Source: an uncultured delta proteobacterium (lineage in GTDB: Bacteria; Myxococcota_A; Polyangia; Haliangiales; Haliangiaceae). Taken from it: a DNA stretch of 64,000 nucleotides. The notes below the pieces were generated by a model that did not search any database, had not been told where the DNA came from, and saw only the letters and a program-made list of their open reading frames with translations. The stretch lies in NCBI GenBank assembly GCA_963743525.1, contig CAVUQH010000003.1:992001-1056000 (forward strand), in the 5' to 3' direction. The position numbers and the translations under genes were made by a program. Below are positions 62,507 through 64,000 of the stretch, piece after piece (position 1 is the stretch's first letter; each line of letters starts with the position of its first letter).

Positions 62507-62590
62507 TGCCAGAGCTGAAAAACCTAGCGAGTTTGAGTGGTTAGGTCAAGGCAGCGAAAATGTTGTGTGGCGTGTTATCCTACATGTCGT

Positions 62591-63343
62591 ATGAGGTGGG
62601 TTTTTGTCGGTCTCGCGCTTCTTCTCGGTGTTTCGGCCTTCTCCGAGCGTCCGCCGGCGGCGATGCAGAAAGCGGTGACCGTCCGGGCACCGGCTCAGCC
62701 GCCTCTGCGGCCCGCCGACGGGCCGCTGGTGGTCATCGACCCGGGCCACGGCGGGACCAATGACGGCGCTCCGGGCGCCGTCCCCGGCCTGTTCGAGAAG
62801 ACCCTGACCCTGGCGCTGGCGCGCCAGCTGGAGGACCGTCTGGTCGCTCGCGGCTTTGCCGTTCAGCTGACTCGCGACGACGACGTCTACCTGACCCTGC
62901 GCCAGCGGATGGATCGGGCCAACGAGCTCGGCGCCGATCTGTTGATCAGCATTCACTGCAACGCCACCCCGCAGCACGCCCAGCGCGGCTTCGAAACCTT
63001 CGTCCTGTCCAGGCGGGCGGTCAACGTCGATGCCCGAGCCCTGCGCGCCGAGGACGGCGCCGCCCGTCCCGGCGTGGACCGTCGCACCGCCGGAGTGCTC
63101 GACGAGGTCGAGCGCGGGCAGGCGGTGGCCGACGCCGCCGACCTGGCCGTCAACATCCAGAAAGAGATGTCTCGCGTCCGCGGCAGCGCAGGTGACCGCG
63201 GGGTCAAGCAGGAGGCCCACCACGTCCTCCTCGGCGCCACCATGCCGGCGGTGCTGGTCGAGGTCGGCTTCATCGACCATCCGATCGAGGGCCGCGAGCT
63301 GGCCGACCCGGCGGTGCAGAGCCGCATCGCCGGCGCCCTGGCC
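62591..63343 (+). CDS. N-acetylmuramoyl-L-alanine amidase (Amidase_3), native C-terminus missing
   Basis: Signal peptide, [30 protein letters not shown]. The frame turns non-coding-like after ~63343. Confidence 0.88.
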
Positions 63344-64000
63344 CAGGTCTGGCCAAGACCCTGGCGATGGAGACGCTGGCCACGGTCGTCGGCGGCACGT
63401 TCGCCCGCATCCAGTTCACGCCCGACCTGCTGCCCGCCGACATCATCGGCACCCGGGTCTGGCGCCAGTCGCACGCGAGGCCTTCGACGTCGAGCTCGGG
63501 CCCGGTCTTCGTGAACTTCCTGCTCGCCGACGAGATCAACCGGGCGCCGGCCAAGGTGCAGTCGGCGCTGCTCGAGGTCATGGCCGAGCACCAGGTCTCC
63601 ATCGGCGGCGAGACCTACGCGGTGCCCGAGCCGTTCCTGGTGCATGGCCACGCAGAACCCGATCGAGTCCGAGGGCGTCTACCCGCTGCCCGAGGCCCAG
63701 CGGGACCGCTTCCTGATGAAGATCCTCATCGACTACCCGTCGCCGGCCGAGGAGGCCGAGATCGTGCGCCGGCATGGGCGTCGACGCCGCCGCGAGGCCG
63801 AGCAGGTCGCTCGACGCCCGACACGCTGCTGCGGCTCCAGGCGCGCCGCCGACGAGGTCTACGTCGACCACGGCACGCTCCAGTACGCCGTCGACCTGGT
63901 GCAGGCCACCCGCGACCCGGCCGCGCTACGGCCTCCCCGACCTCGTCGACTACCTCTCCTACGGCGCCTCGCCCCGCGCCACCCTCGGCCTCGTGGCCGC
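63343..64000 (+). pseudogene. MoxR-family AAA+ ATPase fragment, 5'-truncated, several frameshifts
   Basis: PGLAKT...[65 protein letters not shown] spread over shifting frames. Confidence 0.85.

Noticed and set aside
62537..63514. Genuine amidase with a C-terminal extension, or an amidase-MoxR fusion
   Set aside because: The extension is out-of-frame MoxR sequence after an abrupt junction

Overview
High-GC, gene-dense bacterial window. Gene content (giant TPR proteins, MJ0042 Zn-ribbon protein, PilZ, PilH/PilI-like ABC pair, Cys-rich MYXO-CTERM protein) points to Myxococcota; this is inferred from content, not from a search. No rRNA, tRNA, CRISPR array, transposase or integrase was recognised. 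The centrepiece is a ~17-kb signalling locus (7870-24745) that looks like a partner-switching system with no sigma factor: a pseudo-receiver/HATPase kinase, a 2131-aa TPR protein, a HAMP-PP2C phosphatase, an exported TPR protein, an orphan solute-binding protein, a twice-occurring [Zn-ribbon STAS + Cys-rich PAS] gene pair, a His kinase and a stand-alone receiver. Other highlights: a surface protein with an internal MYXO-CTERM directly followed by a second lipoprotein signal (possible polyprotein), a highly structured intergenic element holding a 14-codon ORF near queF, an effector-less STAND-TM-HEAT protein, two orphan adenine methyltransferases, three sigma54-like promoters and many apparently leaderless genes. 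Two single-base frameshifts and an apparently chimeric, indel-ridden last ~660 bp suggest long-read or assembly errors. All family assignments are by eye from motifs.
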